Source: a virus
Length of the DNA stretch: 46,118 nucleotides
Strand: one strand, 5' to 3'
IMG/VR virus record: IMGVR_UViG_3300048848_000044
Coordinates: 1 to 46,118 of that record
The notes under the pieces were generated by a model. That model was given only the letters and a program-made list of their open reading frames with translations, was not told where the DNA came from and made no database searches. A program made the translations under genes and the position numbers. Shown one piece after another: positions 33,912 through 41,170 of the stretch (its first letter is position 1; every line of letters begins with the position of its first letter).

Positions 33912-35156
33912 ATGGTCGAATTCGAACATTCCCCGCTAGGCGGCTCCGCTGCGAAACGCTTCCTGAATTGCGGAGCGTCGTTTCTGCTCCAGCGGCTCTT
34001 GATCCTCCACAACGAATACGAGCAACCGCCAACGAGCGAGTTTGCTGACAAGGGCAACGCCGCGCACGAGCTTGCTGCGCACTGCCTGCTGAACGACGAC
34101 GAGCCGTTCGAATATATCGGTGAGAAAGTTGGTAAATACACGGTTCACCCGGCCGACCTGGACCCGGAAGCCGTGGCGGTTTACGTCAACTATTGCCGGG
34201 CGATTATGGAGCAAGGCGGGAACCACGCCACGAGCATAATCGAACAGACTTTTCACCTTCGCGACATTCACCCGCTTTTCAAAGGCACGGTCGATTTCGG
34301 GCACTGGCGCTTGCCGGAATTTTCCTGCGATCCCGGCCTATGGCTTGTCGATTACAAGAATGGCGAAGGCATCGGCGTCGAAGCTTACCGCAACCCCCAG
34401 CTCATGTATTACGCCGTGCTGCTGATTATGGCGCACGCGGAGCTTAAGGCGCTGCCGTTCGATTTTCCCGTCCACCTTGGGATTGTGCAGCCGAATTATT
34501 GGGGCGTCTTCGAAGAGCCCGAAATGTGGCACACCACGATTAGGGAAGTCTTCACGTTTGCCAAGCAAGAATTGCTGCCGGCAATGGAAGCGCTGACGAA
34601 CGACAAGCGGGACATGATCCCCGTCGACGAATTCAAGTCTGGCGATCACTGCCAATTCTGCCCGGTGATGCTGGATTGTCCGAAACTGCGCGAGGCTTTC
34701 GAGACATACGCGCACCAAGACGAGTTTATCGAAATGCTCAAGGACGAAGAAATCTCCGCGCTCTACGCTTTGAAGGACGATGCCCGCCGTTACGCGAACG
34801 AGCTGGAGAAAGTCGCTTTCGCCCGCAAGCTCGGCGGCGGCAACATCACCACGGGCAAGCTGGTCGAAAAAATGGTGCATCGCGCCTGGAAGCCCGGCGC
34901 CGAGCAAGCCGCCGTCCAGCGCTTCAAGGAACACGCCTATAACCCGCGCAAGCTCAAGAGCCCGGCGCAGATGGAAAAGCTTTCGAGCGACGCTAAGGCT
35001 TTCGCCCTGGAATGGGGTTTCAAGCCGGAAAGCGATAGGCTCACAATCGCGCCGTTGACCGATAGGCGGGCAGAAGCCAAGCCGATTACCAACGCCGACG
35101 TTTTCAAGAATTTCGCCACGCCGCCAATCGAGAACCTTCACGATCTAGGCTGGTGA
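33912..35156 (+). CDS. Cas4-like PD-(D/E)XK exonuclease (DUF2800-like)
   Basis: 414 aa. N-terminal Cys (FLNCGASF), LVDYKNGEG (D/E-x-K) and a C-terminal Cys cluster CQFCPVMLDCP. Confidence 0.7.
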   Translation: MVEFEHSPLGGSAAKRFLNCGASFLLQRLLILHNEYEQPPTSEFADKGNAAHELAAHCLLNDDEPFEYIGEKVGKYTVHPADLDPEAVAVYVNYCRAIMEQGGNHATSIIEQTFHLRDIHPLFKGTVDFGHWRLPEFSCDPGLWLVDYKNGEGIGVEAYRNPQLMYYAVLLIMAHAELKALPFDFPVHLGIVQPNYWGVFEEPEMWHTTIREVFTFAKQELLPAMEALTNDKRDMIPVDEFKSGDHCQFCPVMLDCPKLREAFETYAHQDEFIEMLKDEEISALYALKDDARRYANELEKVAFARKLGGGNITTGKLVEKMVHRAWKPGAEQAAVQRFKEHAYNPRKLKSPAQMEKLSSDAKAFALEWGFKPESDRLTIAPLTDRRAEAKPITNADVFKNFATPPIENLHDLGW

Positions 35157-35179
35157 TTTCGGGGGTGGTCCCGGGTTCA

Positions 35180-35221
35180 ACCACGAAGCAACCACGAAGC
35201 AACACAAAATACCACGAAGGA
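35180..35221 (+). repeat. Three ACCACGAAG(C/G)A repeats in the SSB mRNA leader
   Basis: ACCACGAAGCA at 35180 and 35191, and ACCACGAAGGA at 35211. The last copy supplies the SD for ATG 35229. Confidence 0.85.
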
Positions 35222-35228
35222 ATAGAAA

Positions 35229-36188
35229 ATGGCCGAGAAGTTCAAATTCGTCTGCACCCAGCCCGCCCGCCTGCTTTTCAGCTCGATCACGCAGAAGTCC
35301 GCACCGCGCACCGTTGCCGGCGCAGAGCCGAAATTCTCCGGAACCTTCGGGCTGGAGAAAGTCGACTTCGACTTGATTATCCCCGAAATGGTCAAGGGGA
35401 TCACGAGCGAGACGGGCGGTTTCTCCGGGAACCCGAACGACTACTATCTGGCGTGCATGGGCGGCAATACCGCAGCGGCCCGCGTGATGCAGAAAGCCGA
35501 GCTGGATGCCCAAGCCCTTCGCGGGCAGGGGAAGAATGACGACGCTTTCAAGGCGCTCGAAAAGGCGCAGAAGCGCGCGGACCTCTACAAGCAATACGCT
35601 GGCATCCTCCAGGCGTCTTCGAAATTCGATATCGAGCTGGCGAAGCTCTACAACGGCGCCATCGTCGATATTAAATCCGAGAGCGACCGCGCCCTTGCTG
35701 GCAAGGAAATGTTCTACTCGGGCGCCTACGTCGTGCCGTCCATCGCGCTCCAGGGCTTCCGTCGCAAGAAGCTCGATGACCGCGACGGCGTTACCGCTTT
35801 CCTCCAGAACGTGCTTTTCATCCGCAAGGGCGAGAAAATCGACACGGGCGGCGGTCCTTCGAATTCGGAAGTCTTCGGCGGCTTCGCCAACTACTCCGAT
35901 TACGATCCGACGGCCAACGCCCCGGGCGGCAGCAATTGGGACAATCCGGGAAACGGCACGGGTGCCAGCCAATCGCAGGGGGCGGGTTCGTCTGCGGGCG
36001 GTAACGATCAGTGGAACCAGGGCGCCGGCAACCAGGGCCAGAACGGTCAAGGCGGCAACCAGGGCGGGCAGAACGCCGGCAATCAGGGCGGCTACAACCC
36101 ACAGAACGGTCAGGGCGGCTATCAGCCCCAGGGCGGTTTCCAGGGCAATCAAGGCGGGCAGCAAGGGAACGACGCCCCGCAGTGGTAA
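35229..36188 (+). CDS. Single-stranded DNA-binding protein (T7 gp2.5/DUF2815-like) with a long Gly/Gln/Asn-rich tail
   Basis: 319 aa. OB-like core with FYSGAYVVPSIALQGF...GVTAFLQNVLFIRKGEKI. About 100 aa of GNQG-type low complexity ending in NDAPQW. Lies in the replication module next to the DUF2800-like nuclease. Confidence 0.65.
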   Translation: MAEKFKFVCTQPARLLFSSITQKSAPRTVAGAEPKFSGTFGLEKVDFDLIIPEMVKGITSETGGFSGNPNDYYLACMGGNTAAARVMQKAELDAQALRGQGKNDDAFKALEKAQKRADLYKQYAGILQASSKFDIELAKLYNGAIVDIKSESDRALAGKEMFYSGAYVVPSIALQGFRRKKLDDRDGVTAFLQNVLFIRKGEKIDTGGGPSNSEVFGGFANYSDYDPTANAPGGSNWDNPGNGTGASQSQGAGSSAGGNDQWNQGAGNQGQNGQGGNQGGQNAGNQGGYNPQNGQGGYQPQGGFQGNQGGQQGNDAPQW

Positions 36189-36224
36189 TCCCGTAGGGCG
36201 ATAACGCCCCGGGTCGCAACCGGC

Positions 36225-36250
36225 GCCGCAGCGGTATATCTGCGGCAACT
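36225..36250 (+). promoter_or_regulatory. Conserved hairpin B: GCCGCAG-CGGTATAT-CTGCGGC-AACT
   Basis: Same loop and 3' AACT as hairpin A. Two stem positions differ and both are compensated. Lies 27 nt upstream of ATG 36273. Confidence 0.7.
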
Positions 36251-36272
36251 CTCTCGGGATGGAGAATTCACA

Positions 36273-36503
36273 ATGGAAACTCGAAGCGCCTATGGCCTTT
36301 CCGGCTCCGGATACCGGCACGCCGTCAAAGCTCTCGGGGTTTGGTTCTACAAGCGGACCCATATTCAACGTTGGGCGCCGCTGTATGACGAATACGAAAT
36401 CGAACGCGGGATTAAAATCGGCCGGCTAATAATTTCGGTTCGGCGGCAAATCCAGCATTTCAAGGACGGCGAAAAGCCATCGCATAAGGATGCGCGCTGG
36501 TGA
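36273..36503 (+). CDS. Hypothetical protein
   Basis: 76-aa ORF with SD GGAG upstream. Confidence 0.6.
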   Translation: METRSAYGLSGSGYRHAVKALGVWFYKRTHIQRWAPLYDEYEIERGIKIGRLIISVRRQIQHFKDGEKPSHKDARW

Positions 36504-36667
36504 TCCGGCCTCCTTATATCACCCGCAAAATCGTCGCGGCCGGAAAGGCGGACGAACCTAACCGGGAGCGGCTGACGCTCGAATGCGGGCACGAGCTTAT
36601 CCAGGCTCCCCGAGCGCAGCGCCGGAAACGCGCCTATTGTCCGGAGTGCAACGAAGGTGCGACCTAA
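36500..36667 (+). CDS. Small zinc-ribbon-like protein
   Basis: 55 aa from GTG 36500 (GTGA overlap). Contains ECGH...CPEC. Confidence 0.4.
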   Translation: MIRPPYITRKIVAAGKADEPNRERLTLECGHELIQAPRAQRRKRAYCPECNEGAT

Positions 36668-36842
36668 TGCCTTCCCGGGGGATTGCTCGCGCTGCGGAAA
36701 GCACGTCGCCCGGGAAGCTGGATGGGTTACGGGAATGGCCGGCCGGAAGAGCTGGCGACTGATCCACGATAGTTGCATCCCCAAAGCGGACGCTAGCGCC
36801 CACGGGCGCCCCTGGATCAAGGGACTGGAGTATGACCTATGA
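36657..36842 (+). CDS. Small Cys-rich protein; C-terminus LEYDL
   Basis: 61-aa ORF with a GTG start. Contains CSRC...H..C. Confidence 0.5.
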   Translation: MRPNAFPGDCSRCGKHVAREAGWVTGMAGRKSWRLIHDSCIPKADASAHGRPWIKGLEYDL

Positions 36843-37012
36843 GCGATGAACGGGCATGGTGGCAGCGGGCGATTGTCCGACGGTTCCGGGAGCTTGTCGC
36901 GTCGCTGGAGGACATGCGGGAAAATGAGCCCGACCTTTTCGAAATGGTCATGGTTACGCCGGAAGCTCAAAAGCTCCGCGAAATCATGACGCCGCTGGAG
37001 TATGACTTATGA
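36839..37012 (+). CDS. Hypothetical small protein; C-terminus LEYDL
   Basis: 57 aa (MSDERAWWQRAIVRRF...). ATGA overlaps at both ends. Confidence 0.5.
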   Translation: MSDERAWWQRAIVRRFRELVASLEDMRENEPDLFEMVMVTPEAQKLREIMTPLEYDL

Positions 37013-37167
37013 GCCCTTGGCATTATCGCAGGATCAAATTCGTTACGTGCGAGCCGCAGATTGCTCCGAACGGGGACACGGTGCGGCTTTTCGTCCATGT
37101 GAAGAATAGCGACCGCAAAAGTCCTTTCCGTCAAACCAACTACGCTCTAGGTACTATCGGGCTATGA
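37009..37167 (+). CDS. Hypothetical small protein
   Basis: 52 aa (MSPWHYRRIKFVTCEPQ...). ATGA overlaps at both ends. Confidence 0.45.
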   Translation: MSPWHYRRIKFVTCEPQIAPNGDTVRLFVHVKNSDRKSPFRQTNYALGTIGL

Positions 37168-39176
37168 AATACGTCGTCCTGGATTTCGAAAGCGCTTCGG
37201 CGTGCGACCTCACGAAATCCGGGGCGTGGCGCTATGCGCAAGATTTCTCGACGTTCCTCACGCACGTTGGGTTCAAGCTGGTCAGCTATAATCAGCCCCA
37301 GCGCACGCGGGTCATTTGGGGCAACGCCGTCAACCGCGTGGACGCCGAATTGCACGAGCTGGCTTCCGATCCGGAAGTGATGTTCGTCGCGCATAACTGT
37401 TCGTTCGAAATCGGCATGTTCAAAGAACACATGGTTTCGCTCGGCTACCCCATGATCCCGAATGAGCGCTGGCACGACACGATGGCCGTCGCCGCTATGA
37501 AGTCCCTGCCGCTCGGGCTGGACGCGCTTATCCGCGCGCTGGAATTGCCCGTGCAGAAGGACATGGAAGGCCATCGGCTCATGCTACGGCTCTGCAAGCC
37601 CGACAAGGAAGGTGGCTGGTCGCACCATACCCAGGATGCGCTTTCCCGGGAAGCTCAATACAACGTAACCGACGTGGACGGGCAATTCGGCGTCCATCTG
37701 GCGCTAGGCGGGCTCGGGCACGACGAACGGCAAGTGTGGCTGGCCGATCAGCGGATAAATCAACGCGGCGTCCTGGTCGACGTGAAATTCATAAATGCTT
37801 GCATGGACGTGCTTGACCAAGTGCGCGTCCCGATGACGGCGGAATTCAAGCAAATCACCGGGGGCATTGCGCCAACGCAGCGTGAGAAATTCCTAAATTG
37901 GGTGAATGAGCAAGGCGTCGCTATGAGCGACATGAAAAAAGCCACGCTCGACGCCATGCTGGACCCGGACGACGAATTCGGTTTCGAGGATCTGGATCAG
38001 CTCGGCTTCGAACCGCTCCCCTACCATGTCCACCGGGCGCTCTCGCTGCGCCGTTCGCTCGCGTCGTCGTCCGTCGCTAAGCTGGAGCGTATGTTGCGGT
38101 GCGCCTCGAATGACGGGCGCGTGCGCTATACCATGCAATACCATGGGGCGGGCACGGGACGTTGGGCCGGCCGTCTTATCCAAATCCAGAATTATCCCCG
38201 GGGCGAAATCCAAGAGCGCCAGGGGCTCACTCCAGAAATTCTAGCTGACGCGATCCTTTCCCGCGACTTGAACCGCATCCGGGATTTGTGGGGCGACGAC
38301 ATATTCAGCGCGATCATTTCGAGCCTGCGGAGCTGCATCGTTCCCGATGTGTCGAAGGGCCGCGTTCTAGCCGTGGGCGACTTCGCGCAAGTCGAGGCGC
38401 GCAACGTACTGTCCTTCGCCGGCCACCATGACCGCGCATTTGAAATGGACAGTACGGACGCTTACGCCGAGCTGGGGTCTATGATTTTCAAACGGCCGAT
38501 CAATAAGCACGACAACCCGAAAGAGCGGCAGATTGGAAAGAACGGACTGCTAGGTTCGGGGTTCGGGCTCGGGCCGCTTGGCTTTCAGGCGAAATTCGCG
38601 CCTAACGAGCCTTTCGAGCTGGCAAAGCTGGCTATCGACACGTACCGCAAGGATTACGCGCCGCTGGTGCCTAAATTCTGGTACGGGCTCTATCAAGCGT
38701 CGGTGGACGCTGTATGGTGCAACGAAGCGCGCACCTACGTTTTCCAGGGGATCGAATTCCGCCGTGAAGGTGAATTCCTCTCGATGCGCCTGCCGAGCGG
38801 CCGCAAAATCTGGTATCACCGGCCTTGCCGAGAAAAGTCGTTCAACCCCGTCACGCGGAACGAATACCCGGCGTGGTCCTATATGTCCTATCAGGGCAAG
38901 AAGTTTCGCCGTAACTTCATGTGGTACGGGCAGCTCATGAACAATCTAGTCCAGGGCTCGGCTCGCGATCTAGTCGTGAACGGTATCTTTATCTGCGAAC
39001 AACAAAACATGCCCGTGGTATTCACCGCGCACGACGAAATTGTTGTCGAGACGGAAGACAGGCCAGGGCTCGCTCTTATGCTCAAGCAAATCATGGAAGA
39101 CATTCCAGCTTGGGCGCGGGAACGCCGGTTCAACGTGAAGGCGGAAACCGACACTATGATAAGGTATCGGAAATGA
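37164..39176 (+). CDS. Family A DNA polymerase with 3'-5' exonuclease domain
   Basis: 670 aa. Exo motifs VVLDFESAS, HNCSFEIGMF and YNVTDVD. Pol motif A VGDFAQVEARNVL, motif B RQIGKNGLLGSGFGLG and motif C FTAHDEIVVE. Confidence 0.9.
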   Translation: MKYVVLDFESASACDLTKSGAWRYAQDFSTFLTHVGFKLVSYNQPQRTRVIWGNAVNRVDAELHELASDPEVMFVAHNCSFEIGMFKEHMVSLGYPMIPNERWHDTMAVAAMKSLPLGLDALIRALELPVQKDMEGHRLMLRLCKPDKEGGWSHHTQDALSREAQYNVTDVDGQFGVHLALGGLGHDERQVWLADQRINQRGVLVDVKFINACMDVLDQVRVPMTAEFKQITGGIAPTQREKFLNWVNEQGVAMSDMKKATLDAMLDPDDEFGFEDLDQLGFEPLPYHVHRALSLRRSLASSSVAKLERMLRCASNDGRVRYTMQYHGAGTGRWAGRLIQIQNYPRGEIQERQGLTPEILADAILSRDLNRIRDLWGDDIFSAIISSLRSCIVPDVSKGRVLAVGDFAQVEARNVLSFAGHHDRAFEMDSTDAYAELGSMIFKRPINKHDNPKERQIGKNGLLGSGFGLGPLGFQAKFAPNEPFELAKLAIDTYRKDYAPLVPKFWYGLYQASVDAVWCNEARTYVFQGIEFRREGEFLSMRLPSGRKIWYHRPCREKSFNPVTRNEYPAWSYMSYQGKKFRRNFMWYGQLMNNLVQGSARDLVVNGIFICEQQNMPVVFTAHDEIVVETEDRPGLALMLKQIMEDIPAWARERRFNVKAETDTMIRYRK

Positions 39177-39268
39177 ACGGGCTCGACGAACACGACGATA
39201 TCACGCCGGGCGAAGGTTGCTTCGTGCTGGTCGTCTATATCCTCTTTCTCATATGGTGCGCGTCGTGA
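39173..39268 (+). CDS. Micro-ORF: 31-aa TM peptide
   Basis: MNGLDEHDDITPGEGCFVLVVYILFLIWCAS. ATGA overlap with the polymerase stop. Confidence 0.35.
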   Translation: MNGLDEHDDITPGEGCFVLVVYILFLIWCAS

Positions 39269-39549
39269 CGGCGGATAAGAAACAGTACGTCCGCCAGCGG
39301 CTCGGGAACCGGCCAGGGGATCATCACTGCCATTGGCCGGGTTGCGACAAGCACGTACCGCCCGCGCAATGGGGATGCCGCACGCACTGGATGAAGCTGC
39401 CGAAATTTCTCCGGGATAAAATCTGGCTAGCATTCCGGCCGGGGCAAGAAATTTCAAAGACGCCAAGCCGGGCCTATGTCGAAGTCGCCCGGGAGGTTCA
39501 AGCCTGGATCAAAGAGCATCACCCGCCTAAGCTGGAGTATGACCTATGA
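39253..39549 (+). CDS. Zinc-finger-like protein; C-terminus LEYDL
   Basis: 98 aa from ATG 39253. An alternative GTG start at 39265 overlaps the upstream stop. Contains HHCHWPGCDKHV...WGCRTHWMKLP. Confidence 0.6.
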   Translation: MVRVVTADKKQYVRQRLGNRPGDHHCHWPGCDKHVPPAQWGCRTHWMKLPKFLRDKIWLAFRPGQEISKTPSRAYVEVAREVQAWIKEHHPPKLEYDL

Positions 39550-39722
39550 CGGGAACGTGGAAGCGTCGCAACCGGCCCAAGAAAATTTCAACTCTGCCGC
39601 CGAAGGTTTACCGCCCGCGCTGCACCGAAATGACGAGCGGGGACGAACATTATTGCGGCTGCGGGGTTCGCTGGCAGCTAGGCGAGGATCGCCCCGAGTG
39701 CCCTAGGAAAAACGAGAAATGA
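39546..39722 (+). CDS. Small basic Cys-rich protein
   Basis: 58 aa (MTGTWKRRNRPKK...HYCGCG...ECP). ATGA overlaps at both ends. Confidence 0.45.
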   Translation: MTGTWKRRNRPKKISTLPPKVYRPRCTEMTSGDEHYCGCGVRWQLGEDRPECPRKNEK

Positions 39723-40216
39723 TTATCACCGCCCTGGACCCGGGGAAGACGGGCGCAATGGTGACGCTCTTCGAAGACGGCTCCACGCTCGTCAACCGCG
39801 TGCCCCTGATAAAGCGGACGGGGAAAAAGTCGGTCCCGGATTACCCGCTATGGGCCGCGTCCTGGTCCGCCTCGCTCACATTCAACCAACCCGACGTTTA
39901 CGTGTTTGAGCATGTCCAGGCGCGGCCGGGGCAAGGCGTCGTGTCCATGTTCTCGTTCGGGAAGGTTATGGGGTTTGCGATGGGCGTCGCCATGACGGCG
40001 TGCCCGGTTCCGGTCCACTACGCGACGCCTAGCGTCTGGAAAGACAAGCTCGGGCTAATTGGGTTCGACAAGTCGCGCTCGATAACCCTCGCCCTGGAGC
40101 TAGTGCCCTCGCTCGCGGCCGACATGAATCAAAAGGGCACGACGAAGGACGTTCGCCACGGGATCGCGGAAGCCGGCCTGCTGGCCTATTACGGCCATAT
40201 GAGCATCGCCGGCTAA
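39719..40216 (+). CDS. RuvC-like Holliday junction resolvase
   Basis: 165 aa. The N-terminal MIITALDPGKTGAM, the VFEHVQARPGQG segment and the C-terminal helix fit the RuvC/RNase H-like fold pattern. Confidence 0.6.
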   Translation: MIITALDPGKTGAMVTLFEDGSTLVNRVPLIKRTGKKSVPDYPLWAASWSASLTFNQPDVYVFEHVQARPGQGVVSMFSFGKVMGFAMGVAMTACPVPVHYATPSVWKDKLGLIGFDKSRSITLALELVPSLAADMNQKGTTKDVRHGIAEAGLLAYYGHMSIAG

Positions 40217-40581
40217 ACGTCGTCCTCGCGGCGGTATTCGTCCGCTACCTTCTGCGCACTGTCGGCCGCAGCTTGAGCGCCCTTCGCTTGACTGTCCTGG
40301 ACGGCCGGGGTCGACGAGGCTGCGGCCACTACGGCGTCCGCCAGCTTGTTCGTCGTCTCCGATCGCGCGGCATCCAGAGTATCTTGACCGATCTTATTAG
40401 AAAAATAGAGGCCAAGCGCCATAGTTGTCATGCCCGATAGTTGACCCACCATGTATGTCACGATATCTTTATTATCCGTCGGGATGCCGACGAAAACAAA
40501 AACCATGAGCGAACCAACAAACGCCCCCACGAGGAAGATTGCTAGATACGCGCGGACCTTATCTATCGGACTTAGGTTCAT
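40213..40581 (-). CDS. Holin-like membrane protein
   Basis: 122 aa with two predicted TM segments and a hydrophilic charged C-terminal tail. Directly downstream of the endolysin. Confidence 0.55.
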   Translation of the reverse strand: MNLSPIDKVRAYLAIFLVGAFVGSLMVFVFVGIPTDNKDIVTYMVGQLSGMTTMALGLYFSNKIGQDTLDAARSETTNKLADAVVAAASSTPAVQDSQAKGAQAAADSAQKVADEYRREDDV

Positions 40582-40582
40582 C

Positions 40583-41170
40583 TTACCGTGCCCATTCGCC
40601 AGTCTTCCGGTGGAGCCACGATAGGAATTCGCCTACCGTCTTTCCTTCCAGGATCGAACGATTGGCCTTAGTGGCTTCGGGGCCGGCCAGCAAGTCCGCC
40701 CGTTCGTTCACGTCGGCCGCGATCACCTTCGTTGCCGTGCCAGCTCCCAGGAAGTGCGCCGCGTAGAGCGAAGCCCGATTGATGGGGACGTTGCCCCGCC
40801 GCAGGATTTCGGCGTTCTTTTCGGTCAGCGTGCGAGCCCGGCGCAATTGCTCCGCAGCCGTCGGCCGAAGTCCGCCGAAAGCATCGGCCTTATTCGGTCC
40901 CCACGAGCCGCCTTCCCCGATCCACGTCGACTTGATGAATTGATAGAGGCCGGAAGCGCTCGACGTAGACGCTTTGACGAACGGCCGGTCGTTACTCTCG
41001 ATTTTCGAGAGCATCGGATAATAGTCGTCCGGGATCGCGGAGCCCTTCGCCGGTTCTTCGATCAGCCCGAGCTTGCGGGCAATCGCTTCGTCCGTACCGG
41101 GTCCGTAAATGCCATCGTCATCCACGCCGACGTGAGCTTGGATTTTCTTGAGATACTTAGTCATGGTCAT
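40583..41170 (-). CDS. Endolysin: PG_binding_1 domain plus lytic-transglycosylase/lysozyme-like domain
   Basis: 195 aa from ATG 41170. Contains IQAHVGVDDDGIYGPGTDEAIARKLG, then IESNDRP...SSASGLYQFIKSTW...LYAAHFLGAG. Confidence 0.75.
   Translation of the reverse strand: MTMTKYLKKIQAHVGVDDDGIYGPGTDEAIARKLGLIEEPAKGSAIPDDYYPMLSKIESNDRPFVKASTSSASGLYQFIKSTWIGEGGSWGPNKADAFGGLRPTAAEQLRRARTLTEKNAEILRRGNVPINRASLYAAHFLGAGTATKVIAADVNERADLLAGPEATKANRSILEGKTVGEFLSWLHRKTGEWAR

Noticed and set aside
35161-35185. GGTCCCGGGTTCAACC, a tRNA T-arm-like string, and a general search for tRNA genes in the intergenic regions
   Set aside because: No acceptor, D or anticodon arms can be drawn around it. It lies in the SSB leader next to the repeats. 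No tRNA-like cloverleaf was recognised elsewhere, but this was by eye only and a tRNAscan run would be decisive.
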